Positions 26,381-38,959 of a DNA stretch of 59,904 nucleotides are shown piece by piece. Below the pieces are notes generated by a model. It was not told where the DNA came from. It searched no databases and worked only from the letters and a program-made list of their open reading frames with translations. A program made the translations under genes and the position numbers. Source of the DNA: Chiloscyllium plagiosum (Eukaryota); NCBI RefSeq assembly GCF_004010195.1, contig NC_057720.1, positions 13,781,189-13,841,092 on the forward strand, read 5' to 3'. Each line of letters begins with the position of its first letter. Position 1 is the stretch's first letter.

Positions 26381-26629
26381 GAACAAGATTCTACTAAAGT
26401 GCATCTGTTCAGCTGTCTGTCTTCACTCCTGTCCTCATATGTTCTTCCCTCATCTCCCCACAGTGGTCACCCACACTGCAGACACACCTTTACTCGAATG
26501 CTGATCCCTCAGATAAACGCCTATGATGTTGACAAGCTAGGAGATCCAATCGTACAAGATATTCCCATCTAACTGTATGTAACATCCAATGAGGGGAGTC
26601 TCTAAAACGGCAGTGCAGCTTTGGGATAA

Positions 26630-27000
26630 ACATTAGTTAGCTGCTAGTTTGAGTAGTACTCTTGCTCACATCATGTCCCATTTGTCTATTGCTCACTATG
26701 TCCGACATTGCACCAATTAAGTGTTCTCTTCCATATTTTCAAATTCCTCACTATTAATTGCCCCATCATGGCCTGCCGTATCTTCAGCATCCTAGGCCTT
26801 AAGTTCTAGAATTACCTTTCATCAACTTTCCGACACTATTCCTCATCCCTCCTTGAAAATGCTCTTTAAAACCTTAGCCCTTGGGCCAACTTTCTTGCTG
26901 TGTCCTTAAGTGACTTGGTGTCACACTTTATTTGACAATTCTCTTATCAAATGCCTTGAGACCCTATATTATGTTAACTGCATTATATAAGTTTAAGCCA
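26630..27000 (+). mobile_element. Old L2-like LINE 3' end
   Basis: cttcagcatcctaggccttaagttctagaatt...ctctttaaaacc...tgcattatataagt resembles L2 termini. Confidence 0.5.
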
Positions 27001-27559
27001 TTATTATGTTGTATACTGACTTTACTTTGTTTGCTGAATTTCCTGTTACATTTTTTTTCAGCTATCTGTGTCTGGTAGGTCTATATCTTGCTGTTGCTGT
27101 TTGATTTTGGCACTTCAGATGACCTCCCTTCACTATCATCAGAACTAAAGCCATAAGAGTAAACTATAGTCTAGACAAAGATTTATCAAACACAAGCCAT
27201 GTAGAACTTACAATTTATTTTGACTTTTCTCTGCAGTAGAAATCAGTGATTTGTTCTCTCCCCCTCCCCCCCCCCCCCCACCACCACCACACACTCAAAA
27301 TTAGCCCCCAGCTGTGATTACTCTATTGCAAATGATTGTCTTCCCCAAAATCTGGGAATTCCTATATTGAGGAATTCTCTCTCATATTCCTTAACTCCAT
27401 CCACAGAAAAAAAAATCAAAGGACTCATTTAATCTTCAATCCCCTTTTTCAATTGATACTGTTCCCCTGCATGGTTCCAGATATCATTGTTTATTTGGCA
27501 ATCATGTTTGTGCACAGGTTTGGGGAGACAACCATTATCTCTGTCCATGATGGACCAGT

Positions 27560-27604
27560 GAGAGAGAGGGCAGAGAGAGAAAAAGAGAGAGAGAGAGAGA
27601 GAGA
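27560..27604 (+). repeat. (GA)n microsatellite
   Basis: Read directly from the sequence. Confidence 0.85.
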
Positions 27605-28294
27605 AGCAGCCTCTTTCATAAGACGTATTTTAAGCAATACATGAGAAAATTGTTCTTCAAGATGGATAATTTGAGAATTGGTAGATAGTTGAAATAAATT
27701 ATTAATTCTTTAACTAGCTGCTTGTAAAGTCGCTGATGTTCACAGTCACTTGTCTTAGTTCTGTAATAGATGATAGATGTCTCATGGATTTCCTGTGATA
27801 ATTGTTTTCAGATTGACAGCCTCCAAAGTGACTGATGAGGAAATGACAACAAACTGGGGTGCATTCCAATAAGAAACAGTACTCCTCAGAGAAATACCTG
27901 AGACGTAACACAGTAATAAAAGAAACATCAAATCAATAAGTTATCTTTCAGACTGTTACTGTATCAAGGTTCAGTTTCCAATTAGGCTGCCCATGGAGGG
28001 ACAATTGAGAATGTTACCCTTATAATTCTAAACCTCACGGTCAGTGTCACATCGTGCATGTGATATGTGTGTTCCATCTGAAAGTAGGTTCATTATCTGC
28101 TGAGACTTGATCCTGACCCTTGGTTATTTTTGTCAATGGTGACTTAACATTGCCTACCACTCTCAATGCAGTGTGAAGAGGCAGGTCCCAAATCTACATC
28201 AGCTGGAATAGAATCAAATCTCGCATTGTTGACATTGTTGCCAACTGCCAACTAAGTTCCTACCACTTGACCCCACCGTGCTTTCTTTTCCCAT

Positions 28295-29720
28295 TATTTA
28301 CTCACAGGATGTGGATGTTGCTGGTGAGAACAACATTGGCTGCCCATGTCTAATGATCCTTGAGAAGTCAATGGTGAGCAACCTTCTTGCATTGTTGCAG
28401 TCCAGGTGGGGTGGGTACACCAACAGTGCTGTTAGGAAGGGAGTTGGAATTTGATCTAGCAGCAGTGAAGGAATAGCAATATACTGCCCAGTCAGGATGG
28501 TGAGTGGCTTTGAGTGGAACTTGGAGGTGGTGGTGTTCCTATGTACCTGCTGTCCTTGTCCTTCTAGATGGTCAAGGTTGTATGTTTGGGAAGTTGCTGT
28601 GGTGCAACTTGTAGATAGTACACCCTGCTGTGACTGATAGTGGATGGAAGGAATGCTTAAGGTGGTGAAAGGGGTGCCAATAAAGCAAGCTGCTTTGGCT
28701 TGGGTGATGGTGAGCTTCGAGAGTGCTGCTGGAACTGCAAGTGAAGTGTATTCCATGTCACACAAACATATTTACATACAAGCATGCAAAATAGTAATAG
28801 ACGCTGACACATGACTTGCTCCACATTCAATAAGATCATGATTGATCTGTTTGTGTTTCAAATTCCATATTCCCATCTACTCCCAATAACCTTCAATTCT
28901 CTTCCCAACAAGAATCAATTACCTGCCTTAAGAATATTCAGTGATTCCATTGCCTTCTGAAGCAGAGAGCTCCAAAGTCACATAACCCTCACCTTATTAC
29001 TTTTCCTTACTTCTGCCCTGAAAGGATGGCCACAACTTTAAAACAGAGCCCACTAGCTCTGGACTGGACCCACAAGAGAAAACATGTCCACCATTCAGGA
29101 CCTTACACATTTCAATCAAGTCACTTCTCACACATCTAAACTCTAGCAGAAATAAGCTTAACCTTGTCCATTCTTATCTCATAAAACAGCCCACTCATTC
29201 CGACATATCTATCTGGCAAATCTCTTTAATATTTTTCCTCAAAAAGACCAAAACTGCACACTGTATACAAGCTTTGTATTTGCGTCTTGTAGATGGTTGA
29301 AAGGCTGTGGGAAGTCAGGAGATGATTCATTCAGTGTAAAATTCACAGTCTTCAAGCTACAATACTTACGCGACTGTTTGAGTTCAGTTTTTGGTCAATA
29401 GTAGCCCCTGGGATGTTGAAAGTGGGGGGATTCAACAATCAAAATGCTATCGAATGTCAAGAGGAAATCTCTTGTTTGAGATGGATATTGCCTGACAGTT
29501 GTGTGGCGTAAATGTCACTTGCCACTGGATATTGTCCAGGTCATGCTCCATACAGAAAAGGAACCCTCCAGTGTCTGAGGAGTCGCAAACACTGCTGAAC
29601 ATTGTGCAGTCATCAGCATTTCTAACCTCACAATAGAGGAAAGGTCATTGATGAAGTAGCTGAAGATGGTTGGGCTGAGGACAGTACCCTGAGGAACTCT
29701 TGTAGGGATGTCTTGGGACA
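28295..29720 (-). mobile_element. CR1/L2-group LINE fragment with a nested CR1 3' piece (about 28810-29270)
   Basis: Reverse complement of the family at 862-1650; peptide LSKLTITQAKAACFIGTP. Confidence 0.6.
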
Positions 29721-30831
29721 GGTGTTGTACACATCACCATAATGTATGGTAAGGTACAAAATTCAGTGGGGTGAATATAGGATTCATTCTATAAAGGGAC
29801 ACGAGATAAGAAGTGATGATCAAAACTGAGTTCATTTGATCAAGTGAATTGTAATTGATTGAAAAGAACAGGAACAAGTAACAAGATAGCAATAAGTGGA
29901 ATCCACATTTCTGGTTTTGGAACCTGCCAATTAAACTTAAACAATACGTATGGGGTGAAGCCAAACAAACTAAAACAGACCTAATCACTTCTGTAACCAA
30001 GTTCCATTGAAAGTAACCTTGAATGTTAATTATTATCATCAATATTTTATTATTATTATATATACATACACACACATGTATATAGCTCCTGTTCCTGTAC
30101 AAGCTATCTCATTGTGGCATGACAACTGGGTCAATTTTGTGACTAGTATAACACTGTGTTAAATTTACAGACTAATTTTAAACCAGCTACTTTCCAAAAT
30201 TTATGCTTCAAGGCCATTTTAAACTAATAGGTTAACTGGCTCATCAAGGCATTTGTGAGTTCACATGTTTGAGACCCATCCTTAGATCACAAAAAAGTGC
30301 TGCATTTTAAAGGCAATTAAAATTTCAACATTATATTTAATGAAATTTTAGAGACTCGATCACTCATTATACTGACTGCAGATAATGAGGGATATTGATG
30401 TTTTACTGCAGCTAAACAGTACGTATCTCATATTGTTGAAAAGAAATCACGGCAGCACTTAGATGTATTCATATGTAGATATGGCACAGTAAAGCTCACA
30501 CTGGAGTGCACATTATTTAAATGTTAGACACAATGTCAATTTTAATGCAATGGCGGACAGCACTCACATTTCACAAATGCTGATATGACTCAAAAGCCCA
30601 TTACATCACTTTAACTGCAAGTGGTCCCATAGGATAATGAGATTTAGACACTTTTGAGCTCAGATTTCTAAGTATCATTGGTGATATTTATTTTTTTATG
30701 CAACTTTTAATTCAGTTGTTTGTTTTTAACTAAAAAGAAACCTTTATATGAAAGAGAAATGTATGTATCTGTATATAATACCCCACACTCACCTCCCTCA
30801 GCCCCACAATTTCCGGCAAGTAAAATCTTAC

Positions 30832-30879
30832 CTCAGCTGTGCATACTTTACAACTCAGCCTGTCTTCATTCCTGGGGCC
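30832..30879 (-). CDS. Next coding exon of the same RING-CH gene; last CxxC zinc ligands
   Basis: Minus strand: acceptor gttttgttttccacag|GGC, donor GAG|gtaaga. The 48 nt are phase 0/0 and encode GPRNEDRLSCKVCTAE, which joins in frame to ...TWIQK and completes the C4HC3 finger. Implied intron 30880-44282. Confidence 0.82.
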
Positions 30880-31399
30880 CTGTGGAAAACAAAACTCAGT
30901 TAGATCTGTTCATGGGAGAATGGAAAAGGAAATCTGTGAGCAGTTGTGATAATATTAATCAACATTGTGATGATTGGAACAACAGTCAGAAAATCAGATT
31001 TAATCAACTTGAACAGTAGTGGTATTTTTGCTTGAGGATTTCAATTCTGACAAGTTTATTTTTCTTTCAATTTAGTGCAAATTTAGATATGTTCAGCAGT
31101 TTTCCAAGCTTTCTTTAATTCTATTGATATATTTAACATCAGAGAAACTTGCAATTGTACCCATTTTGTTCATCCCCTGCTTAAAGCAGTGACCATATTA
31201 GATAGATTGCAGCTTCAATCTCCTCTACTTGGTTACAGAGGCAAATTATTCTCTTCATCAAACCAATTGCACCACTCAATCATGGCTCATTTGCATCTCA
31301 ACTGTACTTACCTACCTTTTATTTATAACTTTGTCCAATAAAAATCTATCAAAGTGGGGGAAGACAGTGGCAAAGCGGTAAATGACACTGGATTTATAT

Positions 31400-33550
31400 T
31401 AGAACATAGAACATTACAGTGCAGGTAAAAACAATGACTGCAGATGCTGGAAACCAGATTCTGGATTAGTGGTGCTGGAAGAGCACAGCAATTCAGGCAG
31501 CATCCGAGGACAGGCAAAATCGACGTTTCGGGCAAAAGCCCTTCATCAGGAATAAAGGCAGAGAGCCTGAAGCATGGAGAGATAAGCTAGAGGAGGGTGG
31601 GGGTGGGGAGAGAGTAGCATAGAGTACAATAGGTCAGTGGGGAAGGAGATGAAGGTGATAGGTCCTCTACATTGGGCGCCTTCTAGCAGAGCGCTTTAGG
31701 GAGCATCTCAGAGACACCCGCATCAATCAACCAAATCGCCCAGTGGCTCAACATTTCAACTCCCCCTCCCACTCTGCCGAGGATATGGAGGTGCTGGGCC
31801 TCCTCCACCCCCGCTCCCTCACCACCAGACGCCTGGAGGAAGAACGCCTCATCTTCCGCCTCGGAACACTTCAACCCCAGGGCACCAATGTGGACTTCAA
31901 CAGTTTCCTCATTTCCCCTTCCCCCACCTCATCCTAGCTTTCGATTTTGCCTGTCCTCGGATGCTGCCTGAATTGCTGTGCTCTTCCAGCACCACTAATC
32001 CATTACAGTGCAGTACAGGCCCTTCAGCCCTTGATGTTGCACCAAGCTGTGGAACCAATCTGAAGCCCATCTAACCTATACTATTCCATTCCTGTCCATA
32101 TACCTATCCAATTACCATTTAAATGCCCTTAAAGTTGGCAAATCTATTATTGTTGCAGGCAGTGCGTTCCATGCCCCTACTACTCGCTGAGTAAAGACAC
32201 TACCTCAGACATCTGTCCTATATCTATCACTCCTCAATTTAAAGCTATGCCCCCTCGTGCTAGTCATCACCATCGGAGGAAAAAGCCTCTCACTGTCTAC
32301 CCTATCTAACCCTCTGATTATCTTAAATGTCTCAATTAAGTCACCTCTCAACCTTCTTCTCTCCAATGAAAACAGCCTCAAGACCCTCAGACTTTCCTCA
32401 TAAGACCTTCCCTCCATACCAGGCAACCTCCTAGTAAATCTTCTCCGAACCCTTTCCAAAGCTTCCACATCCTTTCCATAATGCAGTGACCAGTACTGTA
32501 CGCAATACTACAAGAGTTTTGTACAGATGCAGCATGACCTCATGGCTCCAAAACTCAATCTCTCTACTAATAAAATCTAACACAACGTATACCTTCTTAA
32601 CAACTCTATCAACACTTCCTCCTTGTGAATTTTAATCCTATCTAGTCTAGTAGCCTTTACCTCAGTATTCACCTCGACCACAGTGTCTTTTTCTAGTGAA
32701 TAATAACAAAAACTATTCATTTAGCACTTCCTTATCTCTGCTGACTCCGTGCATAACTTCCCTCTACTATCCTTGATTGGGCCTAATTTTACTCTAGTCA
32801 TTCTTTTATTCCTGATATACTTTAGAAAGCCTTAGTGGTTTTCTTGATCCTATCCACCAACGACTTCTCATGTCCCCTCCTGGCTCTTCCTAACTCTTCC
32901 TTTAGGTCATTACTAGCTAGCTTGTAACTCTCAAGCACCCTGACTGAGCCTTTACATCTCATCCTAACATAACCCTTCTTCTTCACCTTGATAAGCGATT
33001 TAACCTCCTTAGTCAACCATGTCTCCCACGCTCGACAACTGCCTGACTGGTACATACTTTTCAAGGAAACACAGTAGCTGGTGCTTGAATAAGCTCCACA
33101 TCTGAACTGTTCCTATCCCCTGCAGTTTCCTTCCCCATCCTCTGCATCCTAAATCTTGCCTAATCGCATTGTATTTGCCAATTCCCCAGCTATATACCTT
33201 CCCTTTCCATCTCTAAAGTAAACTGAATTGTGGTCACTATCACCAAAGTGCTCACTTCCAAATCTAACTGGCTGAGTTCATTAGCCAGTACCAAATCCAA
33301 TATTGCCTCGACCCTTGTTGGCCTGTCTACATACTGTGTCAGGAAACCCTCCTGCACACACTGGACAAAAACTGACCGATCTAAAGTGCTTGTACTATAG
33401 TATTCCCAATCAATATTTGGAAAGTCAAAGCCCCCCATAACAACTACCCTGTCACTCTCACTTCTATCGAGGATCACCTTTGCAATCCTATCCTCCAAAT
33501 CTCTGGAACTATTCGCAGGCCCATAGAAAACTCCCAACAGGGTGACCTCT
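31400..33550 (-). mobile_element. Internally deleted CR1 LINE, tail interrupted by the PLE
   Basis: ORFs 33190-33537 (APE) and 32205-32468 (RT C-terminus LFSLERRRLRGDLIETFKII); tail agaacatagaacat at about 31400. Confidence 0.9.
31425..32000. mobile_element. Penelope-like element: inverted pseudo-LTR plus GIY-YIG endonuclease C-terminus
   Basis: Plus strand 31665-31937 reads LYIG..RLLAERFREHLRDTRINQPNRPVAQHFNSPSHSAEDMEVLGLLH...RRLEEERLIFRLGTLQPQGTNVDF. 13-bp TSD cattacagtgcag (31412-31424, 32001-32013). Intact minus-strand hammerhead motif at 31519-31550. Confidence 0.9.
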
Positions 33551-36069
33551 CTGTTGGTCAGAGGGAGAGGTCTACGGAGACATTTTCACATCCCACCAAA
33601 ACAGCTAGTGTAACTTAAATTCAACAAATCAATCTGAAAAGTGAAGCCAGTTATGTCTAATGGTAACATGACTCCTATCTCTAGATTGTTGTAAAACCCA
33701 CCTCATTCAAGAAACATGATGGAAAGAAAATCTGCCAATTTTAGTCAGTCTGACCTACATGTAACTCCAGACCCACAGCAAAGTGGTTTACGCTTAACTG
33801 CCCCTTGTAAAAGCCTAGCAACAACTCAACTCAACAGCAATTAGGGAAAGTTAATAAATGCTGACTTGGCAAGCAACATCCATCTCCCATGAAAGAATAA
33901 AGAGAAATAAGATCAATCTTAAATGATGGAATTGACCCACCTTATCCACAGCTTTCTGGGGAAGATACCTTCTGTGTGAAAACGTTCAGTTCCTGACGCA
34001 GCCATGATTGAGTGGTGCAATAGGTTTGACAAAGTGCATCATCTGCCTCTGTATCTATGTAGAGAAGATTGAAGCTGCAATCTGCCTACTATGTTCACTA
34101 CTTTTGCATTAAAACTTTACCTACAACCACCCCATTCCCATAGTCCTTGATTCCATTCCCACCCCTAGCTTCTTTGTAACTAACTTGCCAAAGCTTTTTG
34201 CCATATTCTTCGAGTAGGTGGCCTATCATCCGTGGAGTTTCAAGATCAAGAATTAGTAAAGGCAACTCTGCTGGGAGTTCTTCCAAGCTGGAAGTGCATG
34301 TATGCGGGATGTCAAGGTTGTGCTTAGCAGTGATGCAGCAGGAGGTTGCATTGCCTGCTGGGTGCGCTGGCCATGTGAAGCTTGGCTGCTTGGTTGATGT
34401 ACTGAACTGTGACCAATATTTCATGGAAAGTCACTGCTGTAAATATAAAAACAGACTGGGGCTATGAAAGTGGCCGAAGACACAGAGCAGTAAAAGAGTT
34501 AAAGCTGTAAGCTGCACAGCACTAACCCTTTTCAAACAACAGTCACAACTAAGAGACTCTGTTTATTTTGAACGTTATATTGATATCAGTTATGGAACTC
34601 ATGTTGTTTTATATTAAACTAATTTGAAGTACTGCGTCTGGACTGTCCCCTGGTGCCAGTTCCAAACCATTTAACATTTTTTATTGGAGCACTCTATAAA
34701 ATCATGGTTACAAACCATTATGAATTTGCATGCATGACCCACTTTGAAGACCGCCATCAAAGACAAATGACCCAAGTTATGGATAAAGTCAAGAGCTGAT
34801 TAATTTACAATGAAAATCTAACAGACTCGAGTGTTCTCAACTGTCTACTCAAAGCCATTGCTGAAACGCACTCGTTCGCGTTCAGTCATTTTCTTCAAAT
34901 GCTCAAAGGCTGAAACAAAATTAGGTATAAATGAAAGCTTTCTCCACACTGAAGTAAAAGATCTTTAAGAATGGCTTGTGATGTGAAGCACTCTGAAATA
35001 TTCAATTAAGCCCCTGGTTTGTAGCTGATGATCGTAAGCTGAAGAACAGGCACAGAGACCTCAGGTTTGTGTGGTGAATTGGATTAAGCTGACTTGAATG
35101 GTGGCAGTCATGGCTAGCTAGTCAATGAGTGATCAGAATGGTGCAAAGTAATTTCCTGGGTCAGCCACCCTTCTAGAGGTAATAACAACCTGGGCTTTCC
35201 AGTAATCATAAAGCTCTTTCATTAGGTTGGTATCTTTTCTGGCACCTTCAGACAAGTAACAGGGTGTAAAAACATTGGTAGCGAGAAAGGACTGTACTGG
35301 GATGTCAGCTTGAATGTGAAAAAATGGTCTTTCTTGTCTGGACTGGTCACTGACCAGTGATTGGAACCTTGAGGCAGGGTGTAACAGATACCACTCCCTT
35401 TCTAATGTTATCATTATGAGTAGAGTATGGGATAGGTGAAATCTTAATCGCTGCATCACCAAACTCAGTAAAATTCAACAAGTGTGGGATTGGAGAAGGA
35501 AACCCCCACATCAAGTGGTGCTTGGAAGAACATCCAACCTGTTCCCACTTCCTTCTCATATCCTCTGATCCTTTGAGTCCTAAGAACTATATCTAACTCT
35601 TTCTTGAAAACGTTTAATGTTTTGGCCTCAACTGCTTTCTGTGCCAGTATTTTCCAGGCTCACCACTCTCTGGGTGAAGAAATTTCTCCTTATTTCAGTC
35701 CTAAATGGCATATCCCATATCCTTAAACTATGATTCCCACTTCTGGACTCCCCAGTCATAGGGAGCATCCTTCCTGCATTTACACTGTTTCATCCTATTC
35801 GAATTTTATAGGTTTCTGGCCTATTCTGGCTGATATATGTCCATCTATTATATCAGCTCATTCAGCAGTTCAGAATTTTCTAAAAATACTACATTTTTAA
35901 TATTGAGAATACATAGACTTGTCAAGACACAGAGGAATTTGTCAATTAATTACTTCAAATATTTCCAGCATAATTCTGTTTTCACAAATGCGATTTTTTT
36001 TAATGAATAGTGTTTTAGTCTCACGATGACTTGATCCCTGCAACGTTGCAACAACTTGCATAGTCTCAA

Positions 36070-36397
36070 AATCATAAAATCTCTACAGTGTGGAAGCAGG
36101 CCATTCAGCCCATCACTTTCACCTCAGTCCTCCGAAAAGCATCCCACTCAGATTCACACTTGTACCCTCTCCTTAAATCCTTACATTTCCCATGGCTAAT
36201 CCACCTTGCCTACATATCCTTGGATATTATGGGAAATTTAGCTTGGCCAATCCACCCAGCCTACACATCTTGGGGCAGTAGGAGGCAGACACGGGTAGAA
36301 TATGCAAACTCCACACAGACAGTCAGGCAAGGCTGGAAATGAACCTGGGTCCCTGGCACTGTGAGGCAGCAGTGCTAACCACTGAGCTACCGTGCTG
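36070..36397 (-). mobile_element. HE1 V-SINE
   Basis: tRNA-like head gcacggtagctcagtggttagcactgctgcctcacag on the minus strand, plus V-domain and tail. Confidence 0.85.
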
Positions 36398-38959
36398 CAG
36401 AAATCTATCAGAAAAAAAATCTTGTGTAGCAGGTGGGTGATGTTAAGCAGGGTGTCAAAAGGGTTTGAGTGGATGAGAGGTGGCAGGAGTTTGGGAGGGG
36501 TGGGAACCATGAACGTAACCATTTGCAGATCAGATCGTTTGGGAAGAATTCAATAAATTGTCTTCATTTGTATGGCGATTGCTCAGACCCAAGCCTCTGT
36601 ATAAGATCACCAAAAAAAGCAAGTAACATGTCACTTTTGGACAAGGATTCCTAACAATTAACCAGGCTAACATCATGGGTGGCCATGTCAGTCAATTACG
36701 TTTCAATTTCCTTTACAAAATATGGGCACCTCAAGCCTATAGACACGACCAAACAATATACCTGCATTCAAACATACCCAAGAGTATTACGTGAGAAAAT
36801 TCTGATCAACAGTCACCATGAAAAATACACCTTATTTTGTTCACCTAAGCGAGTTGACAATCTTAGGGCCCCTTTGTCACAGGATCAGAGATGTTGGGAG
36901 CAGGTGGAGGGCATCGAAAGCGGGGATAAGACATGAAATTTTTCTCCTTACTTCAACCCTCACCTTTAGCTTACCCACTTTCCCCAAAACCTCCCAAAAT
37001 CCTTCCCCCTCCAGCTAGATGTCACTCCATTTTAAAGCTTTCCGTGTGATTCGTCTGTGGAGAGACACTGTTTAAGTGGATATTGCTGTTGTAAATTTGT
37101 GAGGATTGTGTTGTCAGTAGGCCCAAAGGACAATTCATTACATAATTGTCACATATTTTGATTTGTTTTTACACGTAGGTTCAGGAGTTATTTGACAAAC
37201 TCCTTTCAGAGCTACATTTGTGACAGTAGTCAGGCAAAGAGTCAAATTTTCTGTCCATTCCACTGACAATGAACTGAGCACCATCAAATTCAGAAAAGGG
37301 GTCTCTGCTACTCCAGCCTGGAATTTAGAGGTTGGGTCTAGGTGGGATGTTCTTCAGAGGGTCAACGCGACTCAATGGGCTGAATGGCCTCTTTCCACAC
37401 TGTAGGGATTCTATTATTCTCAAATTGTGGTGTGTGCGGGAGGAAGGAATGATGAGGAGATTTATTTTATGCGACATGTCATTATGCACTGCTTGAAAGG
37501 TTGGTGGAAACAGAGTCAATGGGAACTTTAAAAAGGAAATTGGGCATATAATTGAAAGGAAATATTCACTGAGCTGTGGGGAAAGGGTAGGGGCTCTGGG
37601 AGCAGTTCAGAGAGTCAATACAGATATGATGGACCTTAAAATGATCTCCTGTGTACTGCAAGGTTCTGCAATACTACGGCAAGGCCATTTCTCATTCCCA
37701 ACTAACCTTATTAGCTCTGGGACTGAAGTTGTCATTTTAGTAGCATTTGTGCTGAATTGGAGGGCAGCTATGTGTAGTAGGCTCATGGCCAGTGGGAGTT
37801 GTGTTAAAACTGTCCAAACATGTTTCATGAAAAAGAGGCATCAGTTGTTGGAGAAAGGAGTCAGTCGACATTTCAGGGTTAGATTTGCAAGAAAGTCCCT
37901 GTTGCAAACTGGCTGACCTTTCAATGCATTTGACCATCCAATTCCAACATTTGCAAAACGGCCCCAAGTCTTCGAGTTCTTGAACATAGCTTCAACATAA
38001 ACAGTGTCAGAATGTGAGAAAAAGAAAAGAATATGAAAAAAAGCAGACATTTAGTCACTCGAAGAAATTGAAGATTGAGAAAGTTTATTCCAGATTTTTA
38101 GAGTTTGCAGTTCCCATTGTAAACAAGTCAATCACCTTGGCTGAAAGGATGCATAGTGATTTGTTGGGCATTTGAAATATTGTAAAATAAAACTTTTGTA
38201 AGTTTTCCACTTCAGATGTAATCCAAGTTATTTAAGGGCAGAACCTACATATGATGGGAGGGCTACATGAATAAATGACTTGTTTCAGAAAAGTGGAATA
38301 CTTTGAGGTAACCGAATACTCAGTGCTCTCACATCAATATATTCTTGTTCTTTACTCGAGGCCTAGAGGCCTAACAAGTGGCAATAATTCAGGGTCAATT
38401 TCTCCATTTTGTAACCTGAAAGGAGAGCTTGTGTCCTCATTGTAATTCACCCAACCACCCCACATTGGTGAAGCAAAATGGAACTTACAGAGACATCAGA
38501 GCTCAGGGCGAAAAAGTGATCCTTTGGCCTCTTCAGCCTGTGTCCTCAGATCAACCATGACCTGGTTGACTATGTCTTCACCCCATCTCCCTCAAACGGT
38601 AAAGTCACACACAATACCCATGCCCATTAAAATCGATCAGTCTTACTTCCAACAAAATTCCAAATGATCACCCCATCATCACCAGCTTTTTCAGAATGAG
38701 AGTTCCAGATTTTCACTACCCTTCGGGTGCAGAAGTGCTTTTTGATATGTCACTCCTGATCGGTTCACTATAAGGAGGGATCAAGGTGAATAGTACAGAT
38801 ACATTTAAAGGGAAGCAGGATTAAAAAGAAGAATGAGGAAGAAATAAAAGTTGATGGGATTAGATGAAGTAAACTGGGAAAAAGGTTCTTGTAGAGCAGC
38901 CAAAACAAATAACTGTTTCTTGCCCCATCATTCTGCCAATGTACTATAGAATTCCATAA

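Noticed and set aside
34260..34440. Candidate exon with a good acceptor
   Set aside because: Resembles an old SINE-like repeat also seen inverted near 20410-20600; early stop codons.
37737..37990. Possible minus-strand terminal exon (YVQELEDLGPFCKCW...)
   Set aside because: Weak acceptor, wrong phase, no recognisable homology, and it would interrupt the RING finger completed at 30879.
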